From contig OX597819.1 in the NCBI GenBank assembly GCA_951406725.2, positions 109,430,001 to 109,494,000 on the forward strand: a stretch of 64,000 nt of DNA, given 5' to 3'. Positions within the stretch are counted from its first letter, which is position 1; each line of letters begins with the position of its first letter. Both the position numbers and the translations under genes were made by a program. Shown here in pieces: positions 52,008 through 64,000 of the stretch. The notes beneath the pieces are model-generated. The model was given only the letters and a program-made list of their open reading frames with translations. It searched no databases and had not been told where the DNA came from. Origin of the DNA: Octopus vulgaris. Lineage: Eukaryota.

Positions 52008-52480
52008 TACACATGCAAGCATATATGTATATGCATGTGTTTTTTCTAAATATTCTAATTCCTGTTTTTCTTCCCACTTTTCACTCTTACACATCTTCAG
52101 CATCTTTTTGCCTCTTTACACTGCGTGATTTTTTACTATGCCACCTACCTACCTACCTATCTACCTATCACATATTCAATCCTTCACCTTCCCCTCTCTC
52201 CTGTATTACTTAAAACAACCCTATCTCTTCTCCACAACCACCTATCGTTTCTCCCTCCTAAGGCTCCCACTAAAAATATTAGCGAATCTAATAATATCTT
52301 TAAGCTAAACTGTTTGCCTGACAGATGGAGTTCATAGATTCCTACTCCGACATATCCCATTGCTTTGATTGGTCGATATTTTAATCCGATACTTCTTCAT
52401 TGATCACATGACATGCCCTATTCTCGTTTCATCAGTCCTTAATTTAACTTGAATGCATAATACGTATTGGAGAACGGAAT

Positions 52481-52574
<94 letters not shown>

Positions 52575-52597
52575 ACATGGTGATTCGTGTGTGTATG

Positions 52598-52688
<91 letters not shown>

Positions 52689-53271
52689 AGACAAATAGAT
52701 AGATATACATGGGGAGAGAGAGAAAGATAAGTAGAGATAGGGAGTGAGAGAGTAAAATTTTGATTACTTCGACTACATTCAAGGTCAACGTGTTTTTCCA
52801 AAGAAAAGGTTGAGCATAAATGACGGTATCATATTAATTGGTATTATCTGGTATACAAGCATCCAAGAGAAGTTCTTTGTTGTTGTTCTAACTGCTAGAA
52901 ATATATGCTAAATCGCCCTCAGACTATACACTACCGTCTTAAAGAAAAGGTAGAGAAGTGCATAAGTAGTCTTGTTTACAATTTCTGGAAAATGAAGAGT
53001 AATCACAGCTGGATATCCTTTCATCATATTAGATCAAATCTGACATGGCGTTCAACAAGTTCAAAAAGTGCCCCCCTCCTCCTGCTCCTCGTCGTCGTCG
53101 TCGTCGTAGTCAACAACATTACTGTTTTAATTCTTTAATATGAAATGATCCAGTTTTTATAGCTGTTTATTCTTCCGGTCAAGTACCAAGGTGTAGATGC
53201 TTCTGCACTTCGGCACAATGCTGTCAGCTGTATAAAATATATCCCACTCTCTAAACACAAACCAAAGATAC

Positions 53272-53361
<90 letters not shown>

Positions 53362-53437
53362 CATACATACACACATATATATCACAGTATATATATATAT
53401 ATATATACGTACATATATACACATATGTATATGCATG

Positions 53438-53487
<50 letters not shown>

Positions 53488-53491
<4 letters not shown>

Positions 53492-53942
53492 CGTGATTTC
53501 AGCGATGGTTACGATGTCGTTAGCGAAACGGAGGTGGGTGAGGAGCTCGCCATTGATGTTGACACCGCCTTGCCAGTCGATGCCTCTGATGATCTGCTCG
53601 AGACATGCGGTGAAAAGTTTTGGGGAGATCGTATCTCCTTGCTTCACTCCCTTCTCGACCGGCATCGTACGGGTGATGACAGCAGAGCTATGTCGGTGGT
53701 GCATCCGGAATTTGCCTCCCTGAGCAGTTGCACATATTGCGCCTCGACTCCCTGCCTCTGTTGTCGAGTGGTACCCGCTCGAACAGAAACGACCACTCGG
53801 AAGGCCTCCACGACGGTGGAGTTACGATTTCAGGAGAACGATTGGGATCACGTGAATGAGAAAGGCGCGATCCAGAGAAGAGTGGACAGCGTGCTGTGAC
53901 CAGCGGTGTCAAATGGACGCTCGACGGGACTGGTCGGTCATG

Positions 53943-53947
<5 letters not shown>
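53488..53947. mobile_element. GC-rich RTE-clade LINE insertion with a 5' inversion (RT segment on minus 53488-53759; 3' end on plus 53760-53947)
   Basis: Minus strand: [12 protein letters not shown]...[18 protein letters not shown]...[11 protein letters not shown]. Plus strand: [23 protein letters not shown]...KARSREEW. Flanked by (TA)n. Confidence 0.88.
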
Positions 53948-53981
<34 letters not shown>

Positions 53982-53983
53982 TG

Positions 53984-54283
<300 letters not shown>

Positions 54284-54561
54284 AAAAAAAGGGTAATAAC
54301 ATAGATTACTACCAGTGGCCCAGCACAAAAGACGAATTAGCCATTAGACAAAATATTATTCATATAGAAATATAATTAAGGGCTCCCAAATAAGGATGCC
54401 AAGTGCTAGGGACACAAAAAAGGGATATATATATGTATGTGTGTGTGTGTGTGTGTGTATTTATAAGTATATGTATATGTACATACGCTACCAAAATGTT
54501 TCTGCGTGTCTGAATATGTCTGCATGCATATGTGTGTTTGTGTGTGTGAGTGCGCGCGCGC

Positions 54562-54602
<41 letters not shown>

Positions 54603-55226
54603 ATGTAAAATTTCTGAAGTTCGGTTGCCGTTGGGTGAAGAATTTCCAACTTTTTCAACAAAGTCAATCGGAAAAATCTGCGGGGGAACGGAACAGTTTT
54701 TCTTTATACCTACTCCATAAGATCTTGGATACTACCTCTCGATCTACGGATGAAAATAATCTTTTCCCCGCTCTCCGAAGAAAGCACTTGTTCGAAAACA
54801 TCGGGAACATTTCCCCCTGGGGCACATGAACTTATTAAACTTTACACTTATTAAACTTTACCAATAAATACATTCTTTGCAGACGGAAATTTGGTTTGAA
54901 ATACAGGTAGGAGCTGCTTTTGCACCTTTACTCAAGAGCAATCAAAGTTAAAGAAACTAACACACATAGAGATCTGAAACAATTTATATTGGAAATATCA
55001 TTTTGGATAACATCTCTTCACTAAAGTCTTACATAACCCGGAAGCCATATCAGAAATCTCGAATAATACTTCTGATGTTGATATTCATGTGGAAATAACA
55101 AAAACGAAATAGAAAAATCAGTAAGACGGACGAACAACTGTTAAGTCTATTGTCTAGACGCCATAAGTGCTAGTGTACTAAAAGTAAGATGAGAACGCAA
55201 CGCACGACATATTAATATTGAGCATA

Positions 55227-55626
55227 GGCGTAGGAGTGGCTGTGTGGTAAGTAGCTTGCTTACCAGCCACATGGTTCCGGGTTCAGTCCCACTGCGTGGC
55301 ACCTTGGGAAAGGGTTTTCTACTATAGCCTCGGGCCGACCAAAGCCTTGTGAGTGGATTTGGTAGACGGAAACTCAAAGAAGCCCGTCATATATATATGT
55401 ATGAGTGTGTGTTCGCGTGTCTGTTTGTCCCCCCCCCCCAACATCGCTTGACAACCGATGCTGGTGTGTTTAAGCCCCCGTAACTTAGCGGTTCAGCAAA
55501 AGAGACCGATAGAATAAGTACTAGGCTTACAAAGAATAAGTCCTGGGGTCGATTTGCTCGACTAAAGGCGGTGCTCCAGCATGGTCGCACTCAAATGACT
55601 GAAACAAGTAAAAGAGTAAAAGAGTA
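55227..55626 (+). mobile_element. SINE family A, full length
   Basis: ggcgtaggagtggctgtgtggtaagtagc ... gactgaaacaagtaaaagagtaaaagag. Confidence 0.92.
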
Positions 55627-56099
55627 TATTATGGAAAAAAAGAAAAGACACCACAAAAGAAGAAAGGCAAGAAATAAAAATCACTTAAAGTCATGCCCAG
55701 CCTCTGCCCACAGAGCGGGCTGCATCCACTCTTTGCTTCTATAATGGCTTCTGTTCGTTAGAATTGACTGGTCTCATGTTACCTTCATTTAGACATTCTT
55801 GTTGCACTGATCTCTTCTTTTCTCATCACAAATATTGTATCCACTCAAAGACCCTACACTAAACACTAAACCCAGTCCTCCCCACTTCTAGTCGGGCCTC
55901 TGGTTCTCCTTCTTTGCTTATGTTTTTCCTGTGGGTCTGATTTTTAATAGTTTAATCGAATCATTAATAGTAACACTCTTCTTGGTCTTCGTGAACCTGC
56001 GAAGTCCATAGGCTCTGTTTCTGTTCCAAGATCCAGCAATTGAATAAGAAAAAAGCAGTACCATCACTCAAAGTAATTATCCTCTTATCAACATCAGGG

Positions 56100-56400
56100 A
56101 ATGTACTCAGTAGAATTCTCCTCCACGGAATGAGAAGCTTAACTGAATAACTGACGGAAAACAGTCAGGCTTTAAAGTTAGTTGAGGCACAGTTGATGTT
56201 TTTGTAGTCAGTGAAAAAGAATTTAAAAAAAACCCAAAAAAACTTCAAACAACGTTACATTTCAAAGTCATCGACTTAAAAGTTGCTTTCGACTCTGTGA
56301 CAGAAGGCTGTGCAGAAGATGAGGAGAACAAGTGTAGACCCAAATAGTATGAACTATAGGAGCACATTACGACAATAGCCAGTTATTGATAGTTAACTGA
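56100..56400 (+). mobile_element. Decayed RTE-like RT fragment
   Basis: QSGF...GTVDVFVVSEK...LHFKVIDLKVAFDSV, read across frameshifts. Confidence 0.55.
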
Positions 56401-56699
56401 TGGATGTATGCGTATGTATAAGACAAGACTGCTATTCTTTACTCTTTTCGTCACCTTGGGATTTGTCACGAAAGAACTGACAGATCTGGATGAATGTCTA
56501 GAACTTACTGATTTTCTTTTCCAAACTATCAAAATAAGGTGACGATACAATTGTATCATCCACAATCTTTAAAAAAACTGAAAATATCTTCACGAACATG
56601 TAATAAAAGAGGTGTTAAAATGATCGAGGCTGGTTAAATACTGTATAGAGTTTGTGTTTTATGGTGCTATAATACCGAATGCATAAGAAAACACGAAAA

Positions 56700-56870
56700 G
56701 ACGGATATCACTGGTGTCTACAGCGCTATCTTCTCTATCCCAAATCACTAAATCAGATATATTATGTGTACATCTTATTGAGGTTTTCACTGGGAACTTA
56801 CGCCAGTACTCCTTATTATGAGTGGCTATGACTTCTACCATACTGTGGTTTCTTATTTCTATGGCCTCAG
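56700..56870 (-). mobile_element. R4/Dong-like RLE fragment
   Basis: HNKEYWRKFPVKTSIRCTHNISDLVIWDRE resembles EYWWNxPVKT...HNRPDIVIWD. Confidence 0.65.
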
Positions 56871-56901
<31 letters not shown>

Positions 56902-57115
56902 TGTATGTATGTATGTATGTATGTATGTATGTATGTATGTATGTATGTATGTATGTATGCATGTATGTATGTGTGTATGTACGTATGTATGTAAGCATAA
57001 ACACACTATTCTTCAACAAGAATAGTATCGACAGTGACATCGAAATTTTGACCATCGGAATATATATATGTTTGTGTGTATGTATGTGTGTGTGTGTATA
57101 AACACACACACACAC

Positions 57116-57174
<59 letters not shown>

Positions 57175-57176
<2 letters not shown>

Positions 57177-58404
57177 TAAAGCGGTTTTTTCAATTGCATG
57201 AACTAAAAGTCGGAGAGGAACGGGATAAACTACCTGCATCAACTTACTATAAAAGCAGGTAGTAATTTTACCTTATCCTTATTCTTCGTGTAAGTTTTGA
57301 AGAGTGCAGTTCGATATTAACAGTTATTTTTTTCAAAGCTATAATGGAAGTGACAAAGGAGCATATTCGACATATTTTGCTTTATGAGTTCAATAAAGGT
57401 AACAACGCAACGGAAAGTGCGAGGAATATTAATGCAGTATATGGAGATCGGACAATAAGTATAAGCCAGTGTCAACGGTGGTTCCAGAAATTCAGAGCCG
57501 GAAACTACAGCCTAGAAGACGAGCCTCGACCTGGAAGATCTATGGAGCTCGATGAGGACTTTCTACAAATCCTGCTGGAACAAAATCTCATCGTAGCTAG
57601 CAGAGAAGCTTGGATTCAACCATTCATCGACACATGTGTGCCATCGGAAAAGTCAGCAAATTGGGTCAATGGGTTCCTCACAAACTTTCCGAGCCTAATC
57701 GCGAGCAGAGAGTGAATATATACTCTTCTTTGCTGTCACGTCTCACGAATGAACCTTTTTTTGGACTAAATATTGACTGATGACGAGAAATGGGTTCTCT
57801 ATGAAAATGTTAAGCGCCGAAGACAATGGGTAGGGAAAGGAGAAACACCGGCACTCCAGGCTAAAGAAAATCTTCATCCACGTAAGGTGTTATTATCTGT
57901 TTGGTGGGATATGAATGGTTTAGCCCACTTTGAACTATTAGTCCCAAACCAAACGATAATAAAGGAGATCTACTGCGAGCAGCTTAAGCGGTTTAAGTCA
58001 GCGGTAGAAGAAAACCGACCGTCTTTGGTTTCAATACGAAAGGTGTTCTTCCATCAGGATAATGCTTGGCCACACATAGCGAGGATGACATCCCAAAGCC
58101 TGGAGCAGTTTGAATGGGAAACGATGTCCCACCCACGATATTCGTCGGGCATTTCCCCATCTGATTAACATTTATTCCGCAGTTTACAAAGTCATTTGGA
58201 CGGAAAAAATATGAATTTTGTAGACGAGTTCAGAGCAGTACGGGAGGAGTATTTTTTCACAAGTGAATTTTGGAAGAGAGGTCTTGCAAGTCTACCAGAT
58301 TGATGGAAGAGCATTGCGGAAAATGAAGGAGAGTATATTTTAAATTAAAAAACAACTTGAAAAATAAAAGAAATATAAAAAAACCGCATTATGTATGGGA
58401 TGAC

Positions 58405-58408
<4 letters not shown>
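57175..58408 (+). mobile_element. Near-full-length mariner (DD34D) transposon, inactivated
   Basis: Right TIR aaaaaaccgcattatgtatgggatgacctaa|TA; left TIR partial (aaataaagcggtttttt). Transposase fragments listed in the next feature. Confidence 0.92.
57344..58344 (+). pseudogene. Mariner transposase pseudogene
   Basis: MEVTKEHIRHILLYEF...QRWFQKF...LEDEPRPGR, WVPHKL, TDDEKWVLYEN, FHQDNAWPH and YSSGISPSD*. Frameshifts and stops present. Confidence 0.93.
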
Positions 58409-58472
<64 letters not shown>

Positions 58473-58477
58473 GTGTG

Positions 58478-58520
<43 letters not shown>

Positions 58521-58524
58521 TGTA

Positions 58525-58589
<65 letters not shown>

Positions 58590-58855
58590 ACGTATTTGCT
58601 TTACAGGATGTTCAAAGCAGGTGATTGAGGCTATCGCTCCTTAGAGCTTCTTGATCGATGCGATCTCAAGATCTCTCGAGTGACTACAAAACAAATGGCA
58701 GTGTGCGCTGTATCGGGAAGCCATTGCAAGGAGACGTTATTTCTCATTGGACATATCAAGACATATAGTTAATAGTATTCCCTGGTGTACTTTGGTGGTA
58801 GTTATTATCGGATAACTCTTTTCGTTAATAACCTGGTTATCATTATAGAGAATTA

Positions 58856-59468
58856 CGAAAAGGTGCTGAAAAGTTCCTGGCTTTAAGGCTGTCGCGAAAG
58901 GCCTGGTTGGAGGCCGAACATTCCGTGTTCTTTTACGGAAGAACCGCTTTAATAAGTGTATGAATCCGAGGGGAAAAGGATATGTTACTCTCTTTACTTG
59001 TTTCAGTCATTTGACTGCGGCCATGCTGGAGCACCGCCTTTAGTCGAGCAAATCGACCCCGGGACTTATATTCTTTGTAAGCCCAGTACTTATTCTATCG
59101 GTCTCTTTTGCCGAACCACTAAGTGACGGGGACGTAAACACACCAGCATCGGTTGTCAAGCAATGCTAGGGGGACAAACACAGACACACACACACACACA
59201 TATATATATATACACACATATACGACAGGCTTCTTTCAGTTTCCGTCTACTAAATCCACTCACAAGGCATTGGTCGGCTCGGGGCTATAGCAGAAGACAC
59301 TTGCCCAAGATGCCACGCAGTGGGACTGAACCCGGAACCATGTGGTTAGTTAGCAAGCTACTTACCACACAGCCACTCCTGCGCCTATATGTTGAATAAA
59401 AATCATAATTAACTGATCCTCCTGTATTTTCTTTTATCTAAAGCCAGGAACTTGTCAACGCCTTCTCG
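58856..59468 (+). mobile_element. Mariner-derived MITE (family of 39185-39398), interrupted by SINE A
   Basis: TA|cgaaaaggtgctgaaaagttcctggcttt ... aaagccaggaacttgtcaacgccttctcg|TA. Confidence 0.87.
58987..59385 (-). mobile_element. SINE family A, full length, with target-site duplication ATATGTT
   Basis: ATATGTT at 58980-58986 and 59387-59393; the host MITE sequence resumes after it. Confidence 0.93.
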
Positions 59469-60629
59469 TACATATCACGACGTAGGAGACATATCAGCCA
59501 CCATTGTGTATTGGTGTCAGTCACCAACATGCTGTTGGTGACGCTGTTGGTGACTGACATGGAAATTTTGACCCCAAATAATAGATGTTGTAAAGTTAAT
59601 AATTTTTTTAACGCTTTTGAATAGCTAATATATATATCTCTTCATCGCTGTAGCCATTTTAGTTTCAACACATGGTATCATATCAAATCACTTGTCTGGT
59701 AAGTACACCTCGAAATATCTAATGTCTAGTTTATATTAACATTTTGCATCTAAATGAAGCAACAGCGTGATTCCGCTATCACTATCTGCATTGATATCAT
59801 CACCAACATCGTTATCGTCTTCGCTGTCACCATCGTCACGACGATCGACAATCTTATCGCCTTCTGTATTTGTCACCATCATCGATATCACCGTCTATAT
59901 CGTCATTGATCTTCAGTATTTTATGTCTGTGTTTTTCCGATGTCCGATATGAATCTCCCTCGAGTGATCTCAATTAAATAGAGTCATACATACACGCCTT
60001 CTCTCTCTCCCTCCCCCTCTCTCTCGCTCTGTTTCTCTCTCTCTCTCTCTTTCTCACTTTCTTTCTCAGACACAAATACATACACACATATACAGGAATG
60101 CACTCGTACAAAATTTACACAAGTATTTCTACACACGTGCACACGCGTGCGCACACACAGACAGACACACACTCGGACACACACACACAGACAGACACAC
60201 ACACAGACACACACACACGCATATACACAAACATAGACAGCCATCTTTACACTCAGAATCACATCACAAGGACACATACATCACAAGGACGCATAAATAC
60301 ACACCATCGCACATACACATATACACACACGCACTCACACACACTCACTCACTCACACACACACACACACTCCCAGATGCACAGGAACATAAACATAGAC
60401 AAACATAAACAAACATAAACAAACATAAATACGTAACAACAAAGTAACAACAAACGATATAAAATATATCTATAAAATAACAAGAAACAAAATTACGTAT
60501 TTCCTCTCCGCTAATGTCACGATATGATGGAATCGTGGCTGTTTAACCATGGGCCAGCTTTGAACGAACAAACCTATAATCAAAAACCATTTAAATCATA
60601 TCCATACATTCCTTGATCAAGACATAAAT

Positions 60630-61092
60630 CTGTGGCTACATCGTAACAGTTATTAGTATACTGTATACTGTCTAAAAGGTGGCTACAGCATTATTATAAA
60701 CTACACTGCAGTGTATCTGTGTTGTCTAAACTGTACACAAAACACTGTATATATTATAAACTACACAGTTGTCAGAATTCACTGTGGCTACAGTGTAGTC
60801 AGTGCTGACTACACTGTAACCACAACATTGTTTACTGTATACTCTAGCCTCAACAGTGTTACTTACTATATTGTAGCCAAACACTTGCGTTCTACATTGT
60901 TATCATAACACTGTTACTCTACACTGTAGTCATAACACTTACCGTCGACACTGTAGTCACAACACTTACGCTCTGCACTGTAGCTATAACACTCTTACTC
61001 TACACTATAACCATAACACTTGCTGTTGACACTGTAGTCACAACATTGTTACCCTATACTGTAGTCATCACACTGTTACTGTGCACACAGTA
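60630..61092. repeat. Minisatellite of about 27 bp (acactgtagtcacaacactgttactct) with an orientation switch at a palindrome
   Basis: About 10 direct units at 60810-61085, inverted units to the left, and the hairpin tacagtgtagtcag-tg-ctgactacactgta at 60789-60818. Confidence 0.8.
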
Positions 61093-61126
61093 GATCAATA
61101 TTTCTCCGCAATTTTTTTATCTCTGA

Positions 61127-61543
61127 GGCGTAGGAGTGGCTGTGAGGTAAGTAGCTTGCTTACGAACCACATGGCTCCGGGTTCAGTTCCACTGTGTGGC
61201 ACTTTGGGCAAGCGTCTTCTACCATAGCCTCGGACCGACGAAAGCCTTGTGAGTGAATTTGGTTGACGGAAACTGAAAAAAGCCCGTCGTATATATGTAC
61301 ATATATATGTATAAGTATGTGTGTGTATATGTTTGTGCGTCTGTGTTTGACCCCCCAACATCGCTTGACAACCGATGCTGGTGTGTTTATGTCCCCGTAA
61401 CTTAGCGGTTCGGCAAAAGAGGGGGATAGAATAAGTACTAGGCTTACAAAAAATAAGTCCTGGAGTCGATTTCCTCGACTAAAGGCGGTGCTCCAGCATG
61501 GCCGCAGTCAGATGACTGAAACAAGTAAAAGAGAGTAAAAGAG
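61127..61543 (+). mobile_element. SINE family A, full length
   Basis: Colinear with 16890-17283. Confidence 0.92.
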
Positions 61544-61544
61544 T

Positions 61545-61838
61545 ACCCCTTTGAATACCCTTTTATTCTGGTGGATCCCCATAAACATTCTATATTTAGA
61601 AACTAGTTTCATAGATACTTCTTTCATAATTCCTATTTTGTTTTTTCATACATTCACCTGTGTAGGCTGTACTATGTAAAATGTCAGAGAAAGAGACCAA
61701 ACTGTGTCTTGTCATAAATACATCTAATTCAAAGCTTTTCCTGAACCATTAAAATACTACTATAGACCCCCATGTCACTATTTTGCTTGCATGGAACCAC
61801 TCCCCATCTTATAAGGACCCCGGTTAAGAACCAATACT
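61545..61838 (+). mobile_element. Possible hAT-type non-autonomous element, right end
   Basis: The terminus ggaccccggttaagaaccaatactg resembles hAT MITE ends (...GGTTAAGAACCACTG). The left TIR was not found. Confidence 0.4.
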
Positions 61839-62289
61839 GTAGATATAGCACAATTGCAATCAAGATGTGAGCCACAACAACGCTATTATTTATCCTGTGG
61901 CTCGGCTCTATTACGTATGTAATCTATCGTATGTAATCCATATTACATCTAGAATACTGTTACAGACTTATATTGTTGCCACAAGACTACAAGAACCACT
62001 CAATATTCAGCCACAGCACCGTCGTTAATTTAAAGAATTCGTTCAAGGAAGAAAACTGAGAAATCGAAAGATACAGAACCTCGCCGCCCGGAAAAAAAAA
62101 GAAAAAAAAACTCATCTAAAAAATACAAAAAAAACATGATTTCGCGTTGGCGAAATGTTTTGGTGGTGTTAGTGTTGGTATTGCCGTTGGTGTTGGTGGC
62201 TGTGTTTGGCTGTGTTGGTGTGTGTCTGCATGTGTGTATATGTGTGTGTGTGTGTGTGTGCGTGTGCGCGTGATAGGGGAAGTTTTTTT

Positions 62290-62560
62290 TTTGTAGCATG
62301 ATTGATTGGCATCAAGAGATCGATCCACACACATTCGCTGCAAGTTTGCTTCCTCCCCCTTAATATCGCCACTATTCTTCGGGACACCGAGTAAATCAGC
62401 CGCTTATTTTATACTGGCGAAATGCGCATGCGCAATTGGATTGATATCCAGAGCATACGCTTTTAATTGGAACACCGCAGCGATGGAGTGGAGTGTGCGC
62501 GGGTGATGACGGAGAGCGTTTGGTATTGCTTATGGTGGTCGCGTATGTGAAGGAAAAGTA
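62290..62560. promoter_or_regulatory. Candidate CpG-rich promoter (NRF1 palindrome plus CCAAT boxes)
   Basis: TGCGCATGCGCA at 62423-62434. ATTGG (reverse CCAAT) at about 62305, 62435 and 62466. Locally many CpGs, non-repetitive within the window. Confidence 0.5.
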
Positions 62561-62753
62561 ATGGATATCAATAGAAAATCGAAACGATACCCGTTCTCTC
62601 TCTCTCGGTGTGTGTTTGTATGTGTGTGTGTATGTGTGTGTGTGTGTGTATGAATGTGTACGTGTAAGACTGCTAACGGTAGCCAACCTCCTGCCTAATG
62701 ATATCGTTTTCCGACATAGCTAATGATCCTGCACCATAAGTAGGAACACACAC

Positions 62754-62817
<64 letters not shown>

Positions 62818-62993
62818 ACACGCACACAGACACACACACACACACACACACACAAAGAATCATACACTCTGATATACGTAACCAAGTGAAGTCAAATCAG
62901 ACGTTCAATACAGTAATACACACACACATATACATATGTATATAATGTGTATGCATATATTTGTATATGAATGCATTTATGTATGTATGCATG

Positions 62994-63024
<31 letters not shown>

Positions 63025-63673
63025 GTGTGTATATATATATGAGTATTTATTATATATATATATATATATATATATACATGACATATATATACATATACAT
63101 ACACACACACACACACCACACATATATATATGTAATTATATTAGAGTAAAAAGGACAACAAAACCCTTTTATCATCGTTTTTCCTCTTATATAATATATA
63201 CTTGCTAACTCGGAAGCCTAATACGGATCCCTAGCTCCAGCCCCAGCTGTGAACTTTAGATCACCATTGAACTAAACCTCTCATATTCTTCTTCTTCTTA
63301 TATATATATACATAAATACACACATGCATAAATACACACGCGCACACAACATATGTATATGAAGCTGGTGGAATCACACTGTAATTAAGCAAAGAAAGTA
63401 TTCCATGCAAAGGATCTCCACCTTTTTATTACCATTTTTGCCTATTTTCTAGCTTTATTTCAGTCCCAACCCATTAACGACATCCATTTTCTGTTTACGC
63501 TGTTCTCCGCCAAATGAACCTTGCTCTGTCTTTTCTATTAACACGTTGGACTGTTAATGTTACTGCTTGTCACTTTTACCGGCCTTCAGGCTAGGAGCAG
63601 AGCACATGGCTCAAGCGTTGCTCTCTACACTTCCTTATTTCTTCATCTATATGAAGGTAGTGGATTGGCGGAG

Positions 63674-63908
63674 GGCGGCGAGCTGGCAGAATCGTTAGCA
63701 CGTCGGGCGAAATGCTTAGCGGTATTTCGTCTGCCGCTACGTTCTGAGTTCAAATTCCGCTGAGGTCAATTTTACCTTTCATCCTTTCGGGGTCGATAAA
63801 TTAAGGACCAGTTACGCACTGGGGTCGATATAATCGACTTAATCCGTTTGTCTGTCTTTGTTTGTCGTCTCTGTGTTTAGCCCCTTGTTGGTAGTAAAGA
63901 AATAGGTA
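63674..63908 (+). mobile_element. SINE family B monomer; another diverged head starts at about 63915 and runs off the window
   Basis: A box tggcagaatcg, B box gagttcaaattcc, Nin/Deu-like cctttcatcctttcggggtcgataaattaaggaccag, and tail ...gtagtaaagaaatagg. Confidence 0.9.
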
Positions 63909-64000
63909 GAGGATTGGCAGAATCGTTAGAGCGTCGGAGAAAATATGCGATAGTTGTTCTGGCTCTTTAGGTTCCGATTTCAAATCTTGCTGAGGTAAAC

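Overview
AT-rich metazoan genomic DNA, most consistent with a cephalopod (octopus-type) intronic or intergenic region; this is inferred from repeat composition, not proven. I cannot support any host protein-coding exon, and most listed ORFs are translations of (TA)n, (CA)n, (TACA)n, (TATC)n or trinucleotide microsatellites. The window is a mosaic of mobile-element remains. These include a CR1/L2-group LINE 3' end with an uninterrupted RT frame, RTE LINEs (one with a twin-priming-type inversion), several R4/Dong-like RLE LINE fossils, two Penelope-like elements, a maT/DD37D-type and several mariner transposons and MITEs, non-autonomous Helitrons, three tRNA-derived SINE families and several minisatellites. 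The most interesting hidden signal is a set of seven type I hammerhead ribozyme motifs from five apparently unrelated sequence families. Two sit in the inverted terminal repeats of a Penelope-like element. The others lie in short non-coding, microsatellite-associated modules resembling solo pLTRs or retrozymes. They include unusual core variants: a U3-A8 covariant, CUGUAGA, a branched extended helix II, and a ribozyme with an upstream perfect antisense arm. Other notable points are a 3' stem-loop shared by a LINE and a SINE, SINE multimers with a recurrent junction, and a CpG-rich NRF1/CCAAT promoter-like island near 62.4 kb. All folds and alignments were done by eye, and boundaries are approximate unless TIRs or TSDs are cited.
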